Positions 1 through 10,311 of a stretch of DNA of 62,972 nt are shown one piece after another (position 1 is the stretch's first letter; each line of letters starts with the position of its first letter). This stretch comes from Methylocapsa sp. (GTDB taxonomy: Bacteria; Pseudomonadota; Alphaproteobacteria; Rhizobiales; Beijerinckiaceae), in the NCBI GenBank assembly GCA_043739325.1, contig JAYUFK010000270.1, positions 1 to 62,972 on the forward strand, in the 5' to 3' direction. A program made the translations under genes and the position numbers. The notes under the pieces are model-generated. The model saw only the letters and a program-made list of their open reading frames with translations. It ran no database searches and was not told where the DNA came from.

Positions 1-83
1 TCAAACTGACCCGATCGTGGCCCCTGAAAAGTCCCTTTTGGACGATTTTGAAAAAGCGATCTGTCGCATGCTAGAATTTCAGG

Positions 84-389
84 TCAGGCTCTAAGCCTCA
101 GGTCTAAAATCTGGGCCACTTCACTGTTGTCGGGATTCAAAGGTATTGAATAATATTTGTGATTGCTCTCATTCACGGCAACAAAAGCGGACACCACGAT
201 GCTTAAGATTGACGCGTAAGAAATATACTTCAATCGGAATGGTCGATTTGATAATTTTGATAAGGCGACTTCTTCCGCTTTCGTCTGTCTGACGTCGCTC
301 ATAATATTGTATGCCATGATATTTGTTGCAATTGAGATATTTGTGATGTCTGGGTTCGTCCGTCTTTCCTGGAGGCTGAGGGTCTTCAC
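84..389 (-). CDS. hypothetical protein in an AT-rich segment (doubtful)
   Basis: 101-aa ORF in a visibly AT-rich stretch with no recognisable motif. Confidence 0.25.
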   Translation of the reverse strand: MKTLSLQERRTNPDITNISIATNIMAYNIMSDVRQTKAEEVALSKLSNRPFRLKYISYASILSIVVSAFVAVNESNHKYYSIPLNPDNSEVAQILDLRLRA

Positions 390-392
390 GAT

Positions 393-683
393 GTGTTGGG
401 CCGGATTCTAAATATATTGATTCTGCTGGAGATAAACTATTCAATCGTTTCAGCGAAAAGGACAAAGTCTGGCGCGGTCCGGGCGCGGATTGTCATCTTG
501 ATCGCCATTCTGGCCCTCGGCAGAAAGCTGATCCTCGTGGTTTACACGTCGGCAGGCGCAGACGTATTGCTCGCGTTACACGGGTTTTCACTGTCGCCCG
601 GCGTGCTCTACTGGCTGTTGACCGACAGCGACCACGGGTGGCAGCGCAATGCGCCTTTATCGACTGGCGAAACATTCGGTTGA
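393..683 (+). pseudogene. truncated phosphate-starvation-inducible PsiE-like membrane protein fragment
   Basis: ILILLEINYSIV...RIVILIAILALGRKLIL...GVLYWLL resembles the C-terminal half of PsiE-family proteins; the N-terminal half and a good start are missing. Confidence 0.5.
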
Positions 684-1207
684 AAGCAATTCAGCTACGA
701 CTTGGCGACCTCACAATCTCGGCCAAGTCACAGGCAAAGTGGAGTCCCCAGTTGGACCTCTTTGAGCGGTGTCGACGATCTTCGGAGAAATCGCTGTTGC
801 TGGTTCCGCAGGTGATCGCGCAGAACCTTATTGCGCGCGATGTAGCCCGCATTCACGCAAGGAACCTAATGGTTCATATGTAGATGCACGCCACGGACGG
901 CCGCGGCGCAAGAACTGCGTGCCGAGTGCATGTTTCGGGCGGACGAAGCGACAGGGACGCTCTACCCAAGAATGATCGGCGCCGCGCCCCATGCTGCTCC
1001 ATCGGTTGGCAACTGAGCGAGACAGCGACCATGCGGTTGGTTCAGACCTTTCGCCAAAAGGCCGCCGACGCCAGGCGCTTGCGGCTGAGGCCGCATGAGT
1101 CGCCAACGCCAAACCCGTAGTTGGGCCAACCGTGCTCGTCAGACATTCGGTAAGCGGTGGTTCGGGGCACGACCACGGATATGAGGTTGCTATCGGTTGT
1201 TTGTTTT

Positions 1208-1560
1208 TCAGGTCGCGCTGGTATTTCGCTGGACCCACGTAAAAGCGTATTGGAGAGCGCTCTTGAACGTGGCGGCCGTCGCCAGCGAAAAGAGCCGGGG
1301 GCCAACACAGTAGGCTTGGCGCGTTCGATGATCGAAGGACCGATTCAAACGCGTGAGTTTTCGTACGGCGATGAGAAACGCGGCACTGGCGCTGTCGATG
1401 AGGTGCCAGCGATCGGCTACTTGAATGGTGTCGAGCAACGTCATTGATGCTGCTTCGCCAAACACGCCGCCACGGTCGAGCGATATGACTTGCACGGTTG
1501 AGTCAGACGCGAAATTGCGCGCCAAACCACTTTCGACACCGACCTCGGACAGGTTCAGGA
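1208..1560 (-). mobile_element. ISL3-family transposase remnant
   Basis: VISLDRGGVFGEAASMTLLDTIQVADRWHLIDSASAAFLIAVRK matches the ISL3 motif SRDRxxxYxxAA...QVADRWHL; degenerate internal fragment only. Confidence 0.7.
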
Positions 1561-1576
1561 TGTCGCAGCAACGGGC

Positions 1577-1876
1577 TGGTGCGGACGGCGGGGGTCGAAC
1601 CCGCACTCTCTTAGAGAAACAGATTTTCTTGCCACTTCGGCTTTCGCCGCCACCATTCGGTGTTCGTGGTCTGGACTGTCCCTTCGCCATGACCTTTCGG
1701 TCGAAGGCGCCACCCGTCCAGTCTCTACACCTTCCCTCTTGCGAGGGCTTGGCTCGGGATTGGCCTGGGGCGAGAGCCCGTTAGCGTTCCCCGACTTTGA
1801 GCGGTTCTACATTGCGGATTTCCCCGCAGGCACTCCAATTGAAGTCTGTTGCGTCTACCAGTTTCGCCACGTCCGC
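1577..1876 (-). tRNA. trnL: tRNA-Leu(UAA) split by a group I intron; exons 1876-1842 and 1627-1577
   Basis: 5' exon GCGGACGTGGCGAAACTGGTAGACGCAACAGACTT and 3' exon AAAATCTGT...GGTTCGACCCCCGCCGTCCGCACCA join to an 86-nt tRNA with ACAGA/TCTGT anticodon stem, CT-TAA-AA loop, long variable arm and encoded CCA. Confidence 0.95.
1628..1841 (-). ncRNA. group I self-splicing intron (IC3-like), 214 nt, no ORF
   Basis: Inserted after U34; IGS GAGT pairs with exon ACTT giving a U.G splice-site pair; core P AAAGTCGGGGAA, Q CAATCCCGAGCCAAG, R GAAGGTGTAGAGACTGGACG, S GAAGGGACAGTCC; P7 GACTG/CAGTC; GAAA tetraloops in P2 and P9; terminal G. Confidence 0.93.
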
Positions 1877-1950
1877 GTTGACGGCGACCTTTTGTCATAC
1901 TTCGCGAGGGAATTAAACTGGGGCGCGTTCCCCGCCCCCAAGACTTGAAC

Positions 1951-2451
1951 TCAGCCGACGCTGCCCCTGGCGATCGGCGGCTGGAAGGTCAGGCCCATAT
2001 CCCAGGGAAAATAGATCCAGGTGTCCTGCGACACTTCGGTGATGAAAGTGTCGATCAGCGGACGCCCGAGCGGCTTGGCGTAGACGGTGGCGAAATGCGC
2101 ATGCGGCAGCATTTCGCGCACGACCTTGGCGGTCGCGCCGGTGTCGACGAGATCGTCGATGACCAGAATGCCCTTGCCTTCGCCGAATTTTGCGACGTCG
2201 GGCGCGATGCCCTTGAGCACTTGCAGCCCACCTTGGGTTTTGTAGTCGTGATACGAGGCGATGCAGACGGTCTCGATCACCCGCGTGCCTAATTCGCGCG
2301 CAACGATCGCCGCCGGCACCAGACCGCCGCGGGTGATCGTGACGATCGCGTCGAACGGCCCCGCCGCGGTCAAGCGCCACGCGAGGGCCCGCGCGTCGCG
2401 GTGAAAGTGATCCCAGGAAACCGGGAAGGCCTTTTGCTGGGGTTCGCTCAT
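1951..2451 (-). CDS. gpt: xanthine-guanine phosphoribosyltransferase
   Basis: [25 protein letters not shown] motif [19 protein letters not shown]. Confidence 0.93.
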   Translation of the reverse strand: MSEPQQKAFPVSWDHFHRDARALAWRLTAAGPFDAIVTITRGGLVPAAIVARELGTRVIETVCIASYHDYKTQGGLQVLKGIAPDVAKFGEGKGILVIDDLVDTGATAKVVREMLPHAHFATVYAKPLGRPLIDTFITEVSQDTWIYFPWDMGLTFQPPIARGSVG

Positions 2452-2539
2452 GTCGGCTCCGCTGCGGTAGGGTCGGCGTCGGCCTTGATAGCAAGCAGCG
2501 CAGCCAATCGCGAGGGGCCAAAAGTCGCGTCAACAGGAA

Positions 2540-3295
2540 TTACGGCGATTGCGTGTGGGTGGACAGCGCCGCAAGCATCGCCTCGACCGCCTTGCGGGCG
2601 GCGCTGATCGCGGCGGCTTCCTTGCCGCGAATAACAATCTGGTTGCGAAACCCGCCGTCGACGAAAGCCGGGTAAGAGCCGATGGAGACGTCGGGATGCG
2701 TTTTCGCCAACTCTTCGAGCGCCGTGCCGTAGCGCCCTTCCGGCACGCCGCCAGCTTCAACAGTCTCGGCGAGAATCTTCCGCCCCGTCTCCAGGCCTCT
2801 GGCGGCTGAATCGAGCATGACCTGCATAATACTGGGCACGCCGGCCATCACGATGACATTGCCGATGCGAAACCCCGGCGCTTTGGAGATCGGATTGTCG
2901 AGAAGATCAGCGCCGGCGGGAATGCGCGCCATGCGCCGCCGCGCCGCGTTGAACTCTCCCGGCGCATATCTGGGACTCATGATGGCGATTGCGCGCGGGT
3001 CTTCGTCAATGGCAACGCCGAACGCCCTGGCGACGGAATCGGCCGTAATGTCGTCATGCGTCGGGCCAATGCCGCCCGTCGTGAAAACATAGGTGTAGCG
3101 CTGGCGCAGGGCGTTCAAAGCGGCGACGATTTCTTCCTCGATATCTCCGACGACACGCGCCTCGCGCAGTTCGATGCCGATGTTCGTGCAATATTCAGCG
3201 ATGTAGCCGAGGTTGCGATCCTTCGTGCGCCCCGAAAGAATTTCATCGCCAATGACAAGCACTGCGGCGGTGACGGTCTTGTTTTGCCCGGTCAT
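2540..3295 (-). CDS. CinA-like molybdopterin-binding domain protein
   Basis: IGDEILSGRTKDRN, TTGGIGPTHDDIT, MAGVP motifs. Confidence 0.88.
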   Translation of the reverse strand: MTGQNKTVTAAVLVIGDEILSGRTKDRNLGYIAEYCTNIGIELREARVVGDIEEEIVAALNALRQRYTYVFTTGGIGPTHDDITADSVARAFGVAIDEDPRAIAIMSPRYAPGEFNAARRRMARIPAGADLLDNPISKAPGFRIGNVIVMAGVPSIMQVMLDSAARGLETGRKILAETVEAGGVPEGRYGTALEELAKTHPDVSIGSYPAFVDGGFRNQIVIRGKEAAAISAARKAVEAMLAALSTHTQSP

Positions 3296-4149
3296 GCGTC
3301 TGAGCCCTTCTTGAGTTCGTAGCCGACGTTTTCGTTCGTCCGCAGGATTTCAGTGTAACCGAGATCGCGTAATCCTTGTTCGAGCGCTGGCCCGCCGCGC
3401 AGCAGCGTATGCTCCATCAACAGCAGGCGCGGCCAAAGAGCGCGCGGCGCTTCGGCGAAGAAAACATCCAGCACAAGATCTTCGGCGCCCTCGATATCGA
3501 GCTTGATAGCGTCAAGCCTTTCGTAGTTCTCATCGCGCATCACCGAAAGCAGGCTCTTGGCTGGAACGCGCAATTGCGCGCCGCCGGCTTCGCCGCTGAC
3601 GACGCGCACCGAGGTTTCGCCACTGTTGTCGGTGTGAACGAACAGCGTGATCTCGCCATCGTGATCGGCCAGCGCGCAAGAGAGCGCCTTGACATTGGTA
3701 AAGTCGTTCTGCCGAATATTGTAGACCAGACGCTCGAATATTTCCGGCGAAGGCTCGATCGCGAGAATGCGCGCGCACGGCCCGACCCGCGCCGCGACGA
3801 ACAAGGCGTAACCGCCAACGCTTGCTCCAACGTCGATAAAAATGCAATCGTCGCGCAGGTGCTGCGCCAGCAACGCACGCTCGCGCGCGTCAAAATACTG
3901 CGGCGTAAACAACAGGCGCTTCTCGGCAACATTGTTGCGCGGATAGAGCCGCATTTTCGCGCCAACCGATTCGATATCGATCGGTGTTTGCCCCATCCGC
4001 TTTATCGCCATCGAGCGCAGAAAAAATGCGATGCGGCGCGACAGCCAGTTCGCCGCGCAGCGCCGCGTGACGCGAATGATCGCGCCGTTCACTCCGGCAG
4101 GCGCGTAGCGCCCAAAGGGCGAGGTCTCATTGGCGGGAATCGGGAGCAT
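3292..4149 (-). CDS. FkbM family methyltransferase
   Basis: FIDVGASVG SAM motif, AIEP, IKLDIEGAE. Confidence 0.88.
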   Translation of the reverse strand: MLPIPANETSPFGRYAPAGVNGAIIRVTRRCAANWLSRRIAFFLRSMAIKRMGQTPIDIESVGAKMRLYPRNNVAEKRLLFTPQYFDARERALLAQHLRDDCIFIDVGASVGGYALFVAARVGPCARILAIEPSPEIFERLVYNIRQNDFTNVKALSCALADHDGEITLFVHTDNSGETSVRVVSGEAGGAQLRVPAKSLLSVMRDENYERLDAIKLDIEGAEDLVLDVFFAEAPRALWPRLLLMEHTLLRGGPALEQGLRDLGYTEILRTNENVGYELKKGSDA

Positions 4150-4348
4150 CGGGCTCGGCTTGAAGGCGCGGAGCTAACCGCGCTGTCCCGCTTATCACAA
4201 CGCGGCGGCCGCGCGCCAGCGTGTCGAGTCCGGTTGCCCGGCTGCCCTGACGCGCACACCCTGGAGCGTGACTTGCGCTGTGGCGAGAGCGTATTAGATT
4301 AGCTGCGGGGTTCGCTTTTTCCAGCCCCTCAGCAACGCGGCCCCGTGA

Positions 4349-5173
4349 ATGACATTTGTTGAATCCGCCACACACGCCGGCCGTAAATCCGGCCAGATAA
4401 AGCTTCATCGCCCGGAGGATTTCGCGGCAATGCGCCGGGCTGGCGCGTTGACAGCGCAGGCACTGGACCTGCTCGTAGAAATTGTGCGCCCCGGCGTCAC
4501 AACGGCGGCGCTGGACAAATTCGCGTTTGAATTCGCACGAGACAATAACGCTTATCCCGCCCCGCTGAATTATCGCGGCTATCGCAAATCGATCTGCACG
4601 TCGATCAATCATGTCGTCTGCCACGGCATTCCTGACGACAAGCCGCTGCGCGACGGCGATATTCTCAACATCGACGTCACCCTGATCGTCGACGGCTGGC
4701 ATGGCGACTCGAGCAGAATGTTTGTCGCGGGGGAAGCGCCGCGGCGGGCCCAGCGATTGATCGATGTAACGCATGAGGCGCTGATGCGCGGCATTGCCGC
4801 CGTAAAGCCCGGCGCTACAACCGGAGACATCGGCTTCGCGATCCAGACTTATGCCGAGGCGGAGCGCTGCTCCGTGGTCCGCGATTTCTGCGGCCACGGA
4901 TTGGGGCGCCTGTTTCACGATGAGCCCAACATCCTGCACTACGGTCGGCGCGGCGAGGGCGTGCCGTTGCGGGCCGGGATGTTTTTCACGATCGAGCCAA
5001 TGATCAATCTCGGCCTTCCCGGCGTCAAGGTGCTGTCCGACGGCTGGACCGCGGTGACGCGCGACCGCTCGCTTTCGGCTCAATTCGAACACAGCGTCGG
5101 CGTAACCGCCGACGGCGTCGAGATTTTTACGGCCTCGCCGAAATTCGCGGCGCATGTTAGTCCGCTCCCTTGA
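4349..5173 (+). CDS. map: type I methionine aminopeptidase
   Basis: [16 protein letters not shown]...[26 protein letters not shown]. Confidence 0.97.
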   Translation: MTFVESATHAGRKSGQIKLHRPEDFAAMRRAGALTAQALDLLVEIVRPGVTTAALDKFAFEFARDNNAYPAPLNYRGYRKSICTSINHVVCHGIPDDKPLRDGDILNIDVTLIVDGWHGDSSRMFVAGEAPRRAQRLIDVTHEALMRGIAAVKPGATTGDIGFAIQTYAEAERCSVVRDFCGHGLGRLFHDEPNILHYGRRGEGVPLRAGMFFTIEPMINLGLPGVKVLSDGWTAVTRDRSLSAQFEHSVGVTADGVEIFTASPKFAAHVSPLP

Positions 5174-5862
5174 GCGCTGGTGACGAGACGCCAGCCCACT
5201 ATCTGGGACATCGCGAACGCCTCCGCGGTCGGCTGCTGGAGGCTGGTCCGGACGCCGTCGCTGACTACGAATTGCTCGAGCTGGTGCTGTTTCGCGCGAT
5301 ACCGCGGCGCGACGTCAAGCCGCTGGCGAAAGCCTTGATCGCGCGGTTTGGATCATTCGCAGAGACGATCGCCGCCAGCCCGCAACGACTGGCGGAAATC
5401 GACGAGGTTACCGCCGGCGTGGTCGCCGAGTTCAAGATCGTCGAGGCCAGCGCCATACGCTTCGCCAAGGGCGCCGCGAAGAAGCGTCTCGCCCTGGGAT
5501 CGTGGAGTGAAGTGATCGACTATTGCCGCACTTCGATGGGCTTTTCCGAGCGCGAGGAATTTCGCATCCTTTTTCTGGATAAACGCAACTGCCTGATTGC
5601 CGATGAAGTCCAGGGCTCCGGCACGGTCGACCACACGCCGGTCTATCCGCGCGAGGTGATGCGCCGCGCCCTTGAGCTGTCGGCGACGGCGATCCTGCTC
5701 GTGCACAACCACCCCTCGGGCGATCCGACGCCGTCGAGCGCGGACATTAAGATGACGTTAGATATTATCGCCATCGCCAAGCCGCTTGGCGTCAACGTTC
5801 ACGATCATATCGTGATTGGCCGGCACGGGCACGCCTCGATGCGCGGGCTTCGCTTGATCTGA
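5170..5862 (+). CDS. radC: RadC/JAB domain protein
   Basis: GHRERLR N-terminus, [27 protein letters not shown]. Confidence 0.93.
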   Translation: MSAGDETPAHYLGHRERLRGRLLEAGPDAVADYELLELVLFRAIPRRDVKPLAKALIARFGSFAETIAASPQRLAEIDEVTAGVVAEFKIVEASAIRFAKGAAKKRLALGSWSEVIDYCRTSMGFSEREEFRILFLDKRNCLIADEVQGSGTVDHTPVYPREVMRRALELSATAILLVHNHPSGDPTPSSADIKMTLDIIAIAKPLGVNVHDHIVIGRHGHASMRGLRLI

Positions 5863-6044
5863 GGTCTCGAAAATCAGTCGAAAACGCGCCCGCCATTGCA
5901 TCAATAGATTTCACCACCTATCTTTACGTAAGATATACGTTATAAGCGCTTGAATATATACGAAAATTTCTGCTTTTCGTTACTCCGGCTTAACTTTGCG
6001 TCGGGCATAGTCGATCGCGTGTCGATCGCCAAAGAGCCCGTATT

Positions 6045-8243
6045 TTGAAATCGCCGCGTCGTAGTAAGAGTTGGACTGACCTCAATACAATGTTGGTTGT
6101 GGTCATTGCCGCTTCGTGCGTGCTTGTCTCCCTGATCTGCGCGTTGCTCGTGATCCGCGTCACCAGGAACAACAACGCCGAAAGCGTTGCGCGCGTATCG
6201 ATTGAGCGCGCGGTTGCTTCCGAGCTTCACGACATCGGCACGGTGCTTTTCGCTTTTGCCCAATCCTATCGCGGCGTCTCGTGGGGCAACCTCGACACGA
6301 TTACCGATGAAGCCGTGACGGAGCGCCTGGCGCGCGAACCGCACCTCGATCTTCTCTACGTCTGGAGCGGCGGCGTGCTGACGCCGTTCGGAGCGGCCGG
6401 CCAGGGCATCGTCGATTCGCCGACCTTGACGAATTCTCTGACAAACTATCTCGTCAATCACCCCGCCGGCATATGGGCGCTGCATGGCAGCCTGAATGAA
6501 ACCGCCGACAACGCGCCTGACGACCCGGCGTCGGCGACGCAAACGACCCTGTTTGCCGCCGGCGACCGATATTACGCTCTTGCGGCCACCGATCTTTTCA
6601 CCGGCCGCGTCCTGATGGCGCAGGGCCGGGAGCCGGTCCTCATCGGCCTCAAGCGTCTGGACAGCGTCTGGCTGGCGCGCATCGCCGCCAGCGCCGGGAA
6701 TACCCTCGTCTCGTTTGCCGCCGACGGCGAGCCCGGCGCGCGCCTCCCGCTGCCAACCGGCGAAAGCGGCGTCACGATGGATCTGGCGTTCGCCGCCGAT
6801 CAACCCGGCGACAGATTTGCCGGCGCCTGGGGTCCGGCGCTGGTCATTTGCGCCGCTGGTTTCTGCGCGCTGTTTGTCTTGCAGATGCGGCGCATCGCCG
6901 AGCGCCTGCGCGAAAGCGAGGATCGGGCCCAAACCATGGCGAGCCGGGATTCTCTCTCCGGGCTGCCCAACCGTTTGCATTTCGACGCGAAGCTCGATGA
7001 GGCGATGGCCGGGGTGCGACAACGCGGCGAGCATCACGCGCTCCTGTGTCTCGATCTCGATCGCTTCAAGGAGATCAACGACAGCTTCGGCCATGAGGCC
7101 GGCGATCAAATGATCATCAAGCTGGCGCAGAGAGTCAGCAGAATTTTGCCGGAAGCCGATTTGTTCGCGCGTATGGGCGGCGACGAGTTCGCCATTCTCT
7201 GCCTCAATGTACTGGGAAAGAGCGATGTCGAAGCGCGCGCCCGCCGGATCCTCGATCAGTTCAGGGAACCGTTCGATCTGGGCGAGCGCAAGTTTATCGC
7301 CTCCGCTTCAATCGGCATCGCTATTGCGCCGGACCACGCGGCGACCCGGCTCGAAATTTCCCAGCTTGCCGATATCGCGCTGTACCGGGCCAAGAACGAG
7401 GGCCGTAATCGCTTCCGCATCTTTGAGCAAAGCATCGGCGAGGAGATGCGCAAGCGCCGCGCCATCGAGCAAGGGTTGCGCGCCGCTATCGACGACGATC
7501 AGCTCTATGTCCATTACCAGCCGATCTACGATGCCGACGCGCGCCGAATGGTCGGCGTGGAGGCTTTGCTGCGCTGGCGCCATCCGACGCTCGGCGCGAT
7601 CGAACCCAGTTTGCTTGTGTCCGTGGCCGAAGAGAGAGGGATGATCCTACGCTTGGGCGAATGGGTGCTGCGGCGCGCGTGCCGCGACGCGGTCGCCTGG
7701 CCTGGCATCAAGGTTGCCGTCAACGTCTCGCCGATTCAGTTTCGCCAGCGCGACTTCGGCGCGCAGGTCGAGAACATTCTATCGCAGACCGGCTTCGATC
7801 CTGGCCGTCTGGAGCTCGAACTCACAGAAGGCGTCATCGTCAGCGACGCCGATCAGGCAGAAGCCGTGATGACAGGATTGCGCGCCCTGGGCATTCGCAT
7901 GGCGCTCGACGACTTCGGCACCGGCTATTCCAGTTTGATCTACCTCCGGCGGTTTCCCTTCGACAAGATCAAGATCGACCGCTCGTTCCTGGAATCGGTT
8001 GAAGCGACCGGTGAAAGCGTCGTGCTGATCGAGTCGGTCGTCAATCTCGGCCGCGCGCTCGGCCTGACCGTCACCGCGGAAGGCGTCGAGACGATCGAAC
8101 AGATGCGTCTGCTGCAGGCGATCGGATGCCACGAGATGCAGGGATATTTGTTCTCCAAGCCGGTCTCGGCGGCCGACATCGCGCTGCTGATCGCCGTTTC
8201 GGAAGCAAGCTCGCGCCGCGAGGTCGCGCGCGCGGTCGCCTGA
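6045..8243 (+). CDS. membrane-anchored GGDEF/EAL diguanylate cyclase/phosphodiesterase
   Basis: Two hydrophobic segments, ARMGGDEF, VEALLRW, DDFGTGYSS; start uncertain. Confidence 0.9.
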   Translation: MKSPRRSKSWTDLNTMLVVVIAASCVLVSLICALLVIRVTRNNNAESVARVSIERAVASELHDIGTVLFAFAQSYRGVSWGNLDTITDEAVTERLAREPHLDLLYVWSGGVLTPFGAAGQGIVDSPTLTNSLTNYLVNHPAGIWALHGSLNETADNAPDDPASATQTTLFAAGDRYYALAATDLFTGRVLMAQGREPVLIGLKRLDSVWLARIAASAGNTLVSFAADGEPGARLPLPTGESGVTMDLAFAADQPGDRFAGAWGPALVICAAGFCALFVLQMRRIAERLRESEDRAQTMASRDSLSGLPNRLHFDAKLDEAMAGVRQRGEHHALLCLDLDRFKEINDSFGHEAGDQMIIKLAQRVSRILPEADLFARMGGDEFAILCLNVLGKSDVEARARRILDQFREPFDLGERKFIASASIGIAIAPDHAATRLEISQLADIALYRAKNEGRNRFRIFEQSIGEEMRKRRAIEQGLRAAIDDDQLYVHYQPIYDADARRMVGVEALLRWRHPTLGAIEPSLLVSVAEERGMILRLGEWVLRRACRDAVAWPGIKVAVNVSPIQFRQRDFGAQVENILSQTGFDPGRLELELTEGVIVSDADQAEAVMTGLRALGIRMALDDFGTGYSSLIYLRRFPFDKIKIDRSFLESVEATGESVVLIESVVNLGRALGLTVTAEGVETIEQMRLLQAIGCHEMQGYLFSKPVSAADIALLIAVSEASSRREVARAVA

Positions 8244-8263
8244 TCGCTCTGCCGCGGCTTGCG

Positions 8264-8545
8264 CTAGTGCAGGCGAAACTCCGCGCCCAGCGTACGAATT
8301 TCCGCCGGGCGGATCAGGCGGGAATGGGCGACGCGCACGGAATGCAGCGGCCCATCCAAACGCTCGCGCCAGAACAACAAGAACTTCTTCAACGCCGGAA
8401 ATTGCGGCGCCAGATCGTAGTCCTGCCAGACGTAGCTCTGCAGCACGGCGGGATAGTCTGGCATGTGATAAAGAATTTCGGCAGTCGTCAGGCTGAACCC
8501 CTGAAGCTGACGCACAAAATCGGGCGACGCGACCGTACGAGCCAT
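8264..8545 (-). CDS. usg: Usg family protein
   Basis: GFSLTTAEILYHMPDYPAVLQSYVWQDYDLAPQFP. Confidence 0.88.
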   Translation of the reverse strand: MARTVASPDFVRQLQGFSLTTAEILYHMPDYPAVLQSYVWQDYDLAPQFPALKKFLLFWRERLDGPLHSVRVAHSRLIRPAEIRTLGAEFRLH

Positions 8546-8669
8546 TTTCGAACCTCCTCAAATCGAGAGGCCGGCGGCGTATTGGAATGCAAACCCAGCG
8601 CTTGCAAGCCGCCGAATCTCACCATTGCGCGCCTGAAACGTTAAAGAACCTCTAGCGCGCGTCCTTTGA

Positions 8670-9299
8670 TCACTTACGGTCTCCCCTCAACGCTTGACGA
8701 GCGCTCGCCAGCGCTTCCGGCGTGTCGATATCGACAATCGCCGCCTCCTCGTCCACCGCGATTTCCACTACGGCGCCGGGCGGCGCGCCCGCTAATAAAT
8801 TGCGCGCCCCTTCGTCGCCATCGAGCGCGCCAATCGCGGGAAAAAGCGCGCGCGATAACAGAACCGGATTGCCGCGTCGGCCATGGAACGTCGGGACCAC
8901 AGCAAGCCTCCCAGAATGACACGCAAATTCGGCGCCAATTCGGTCGAGCAGCTCTGAAGAAACATGCGGCATGTCGGCCAGCAGGATCAGGACGCCGCCG
9001 ACATTCTTGGGCAGCGCCGCAAGACCGGCCTTCAGGGAAGAAGCCATGCCGCTGGCGAACGCGTTGTTGTGCGTGAATTGCACCGGCAGACCCTCCAGCG
9101 CCCGCGCGATCCGCGCCCGCTCATGGCCAGTGACGACGACAACCGGCCGCGCGGACGATCCCAGGGCCGCCTCGACGACATGACGGACCAGCGGCTTACC
9201 GTCTAGGCTCGCAACGAGTTTGGAGGCCTCCTGCCCGCCTGCGTCACGATAGCGCGACGAGCGCCCGGCCGCCAGAATGATCGCCGCGATTCCACCCAT
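8670..9299 (-). CDS. mocA: MocA-like molybdenum cofactor cytidylyltransferase
   Basis: ILAAGRSSR, GMASSL, LADMP, GNPVL, GDEGAR, DIDTPE; sits in a cox cluster; start 9299 or 9323. Confidence 0.8.
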   Translation of the reverse strand: MGGIAAIILAAGRSSRYRDAGGQEASKLVASLDGKPLVRHVVEAALGSSARPVVVVTGHERARIARALEGLPVQFTHNNAFASGMASSLKAGLAALPKNVGGVLILLADMPHVSSELLDRIGAEFACHSGRLAVVPTFHGRRGNPVLLSRALFPAIGALDGDEGARNLLAGAPPGAVVEIAVDEEAAIVDIDTPEALASARQALRGDRK

Positions 9300-9309
9300 C
9301 GCCGAGTCT

Positions 9310-10311
9310 CTAACTCTCGCCAAGCCGCGGCTGCGGCCTCGTTACGATTTCCATCAGCAAGCCGCCGACGCCCATCGCCCTGATATCGGCGCCGCTGATT
9401 GGCACGTCGGCGAGAATGCGGCGCAGCACCCAGTCGAAGCCGTTCTCCTTGGGCGAGCGCGCGCAACCCGGAGCGCCGATGATTGGCTTGGCGCCAAGAG
9501 ACCCCAGCAACAGGAGATTGCCGGGATCGACCGGCATGCCGAAATGCTCGATGCGCCCGCCTATCGCCTCGATCGCGGCGGGTATGACGTCGCGTCGGTC
9601 GGTGATCGCGGAGGCGCCAAAGATTATGGCGACGTCGCATTTTGGCGCCAAAGTCTTGAGTGCGCCCGCAAGCGCATCGACGTCGTGCGGCACGCGCGTC
9701 TCATCGACGATCGTCGCCGCCGCCAGCGCAAGCCGCTCGCTGAGAATGCGCACCGTCTTGTTGACGACGGAAGATTTGAGGCCGGGCAAAATCGTCGAGA
9801 CGACGCCGATGCGCAACGGACGAAAAGGCGCGACGCGGACGCCGCCCTGCCCCGCCGCGATCAGGCTTTGCTCGAGCAAGGCGCCCGAGACAGCAAACGG
9901 AATGATCTTGACGGTCGCGACCATATCCCCCGGCGCGACCGCGCTGAACGGCGCGAGCGTTGCCGCGGTGATCTCTTCGCTGACCGCGTTGACGCCGACG
10001 ATCGCGTCGGCATCGACGACGGCAAGACCTGCCCGCTCCGCGAACAGATTGACCCGCCCGGTGAAGGCGCGATCGCAGCGCAGATTGTCGCCCGCCAGCT
10101 TCGCGGCGAGACGGCGCGCCGCCTCATCCTCGCCAATGTCGCCGGGGGCAAGTTGCGCAACGGTGATTTCGCTAATATTGGCCGCCTGCAGCGCCGCGAT
10201 ATGCTCGGCGGTGATAATCTGGCCCTTCTTCAGCACCAGCGATTCGTGTCTCACGGCATGGGCGGCGATAGCTCCAAGCGCTTGATCGACAGCAACAGGA
10301 CCAAATTTCAA
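9310..10311 (-). CDS. molybdopterin-binding (MoeA-like) protein
   Basis: MKFGPV, ATVKIIPFAV, GMPVDPGNLLLLG, GAPGCARSPKENGFDWVL. Confidence 0.82.
   Translation of the reverse strand: MKFGPVAVDQALGAIAAHAVRHESLVLKKGQIITAEHIAALQAANISEITVAQLAPGDIGEDEAARRLAAKLAGDNLRCDRAFTGRVNLFAERAGLAVVDADAIVGVNAVSEEITAATLAPFSAVAPGDMVATVKIIPFAVSGALLEQSLIAAGQGGVRVAPFRPLRIGVVSTILPGLKSSVVNKTVRILSERLALAAATIVDETRVPHDVDALAGALKTLAPKCDVAIIFGASAITDRRDVIPAAIEAIGGRIEHFGMPVDPGNLLLLGSLGAKPIIGAPGCARSPKENGFDWVLRRILADVPISGADIRAMGVGGLLMEIVTRPQPRLGES

Noticed and set aside
1836-1850. Reading the tRNA as having a UCA or CAA anticodon
   Set aside because: Those bases include the intron 5' end; the anticodon stem closes only after splicing, giving UAA.
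1208-1948. ORFs 1208..1690, 1425..1784 and 1739..1948 as real proteins or a homing endonuclease
   Set aside because: They overlap the tRNA and intron core, and show no LAGLIDADG, HNH or GIY-YIG motif; only the part left of about 1560 resembles a transposase.
8579-8610. RpoH-like promoter for usg (CTTGCA-N17-CCAATA on the minus strand)
   Set aside because: Plausible but too degenerate to support without TSS data.
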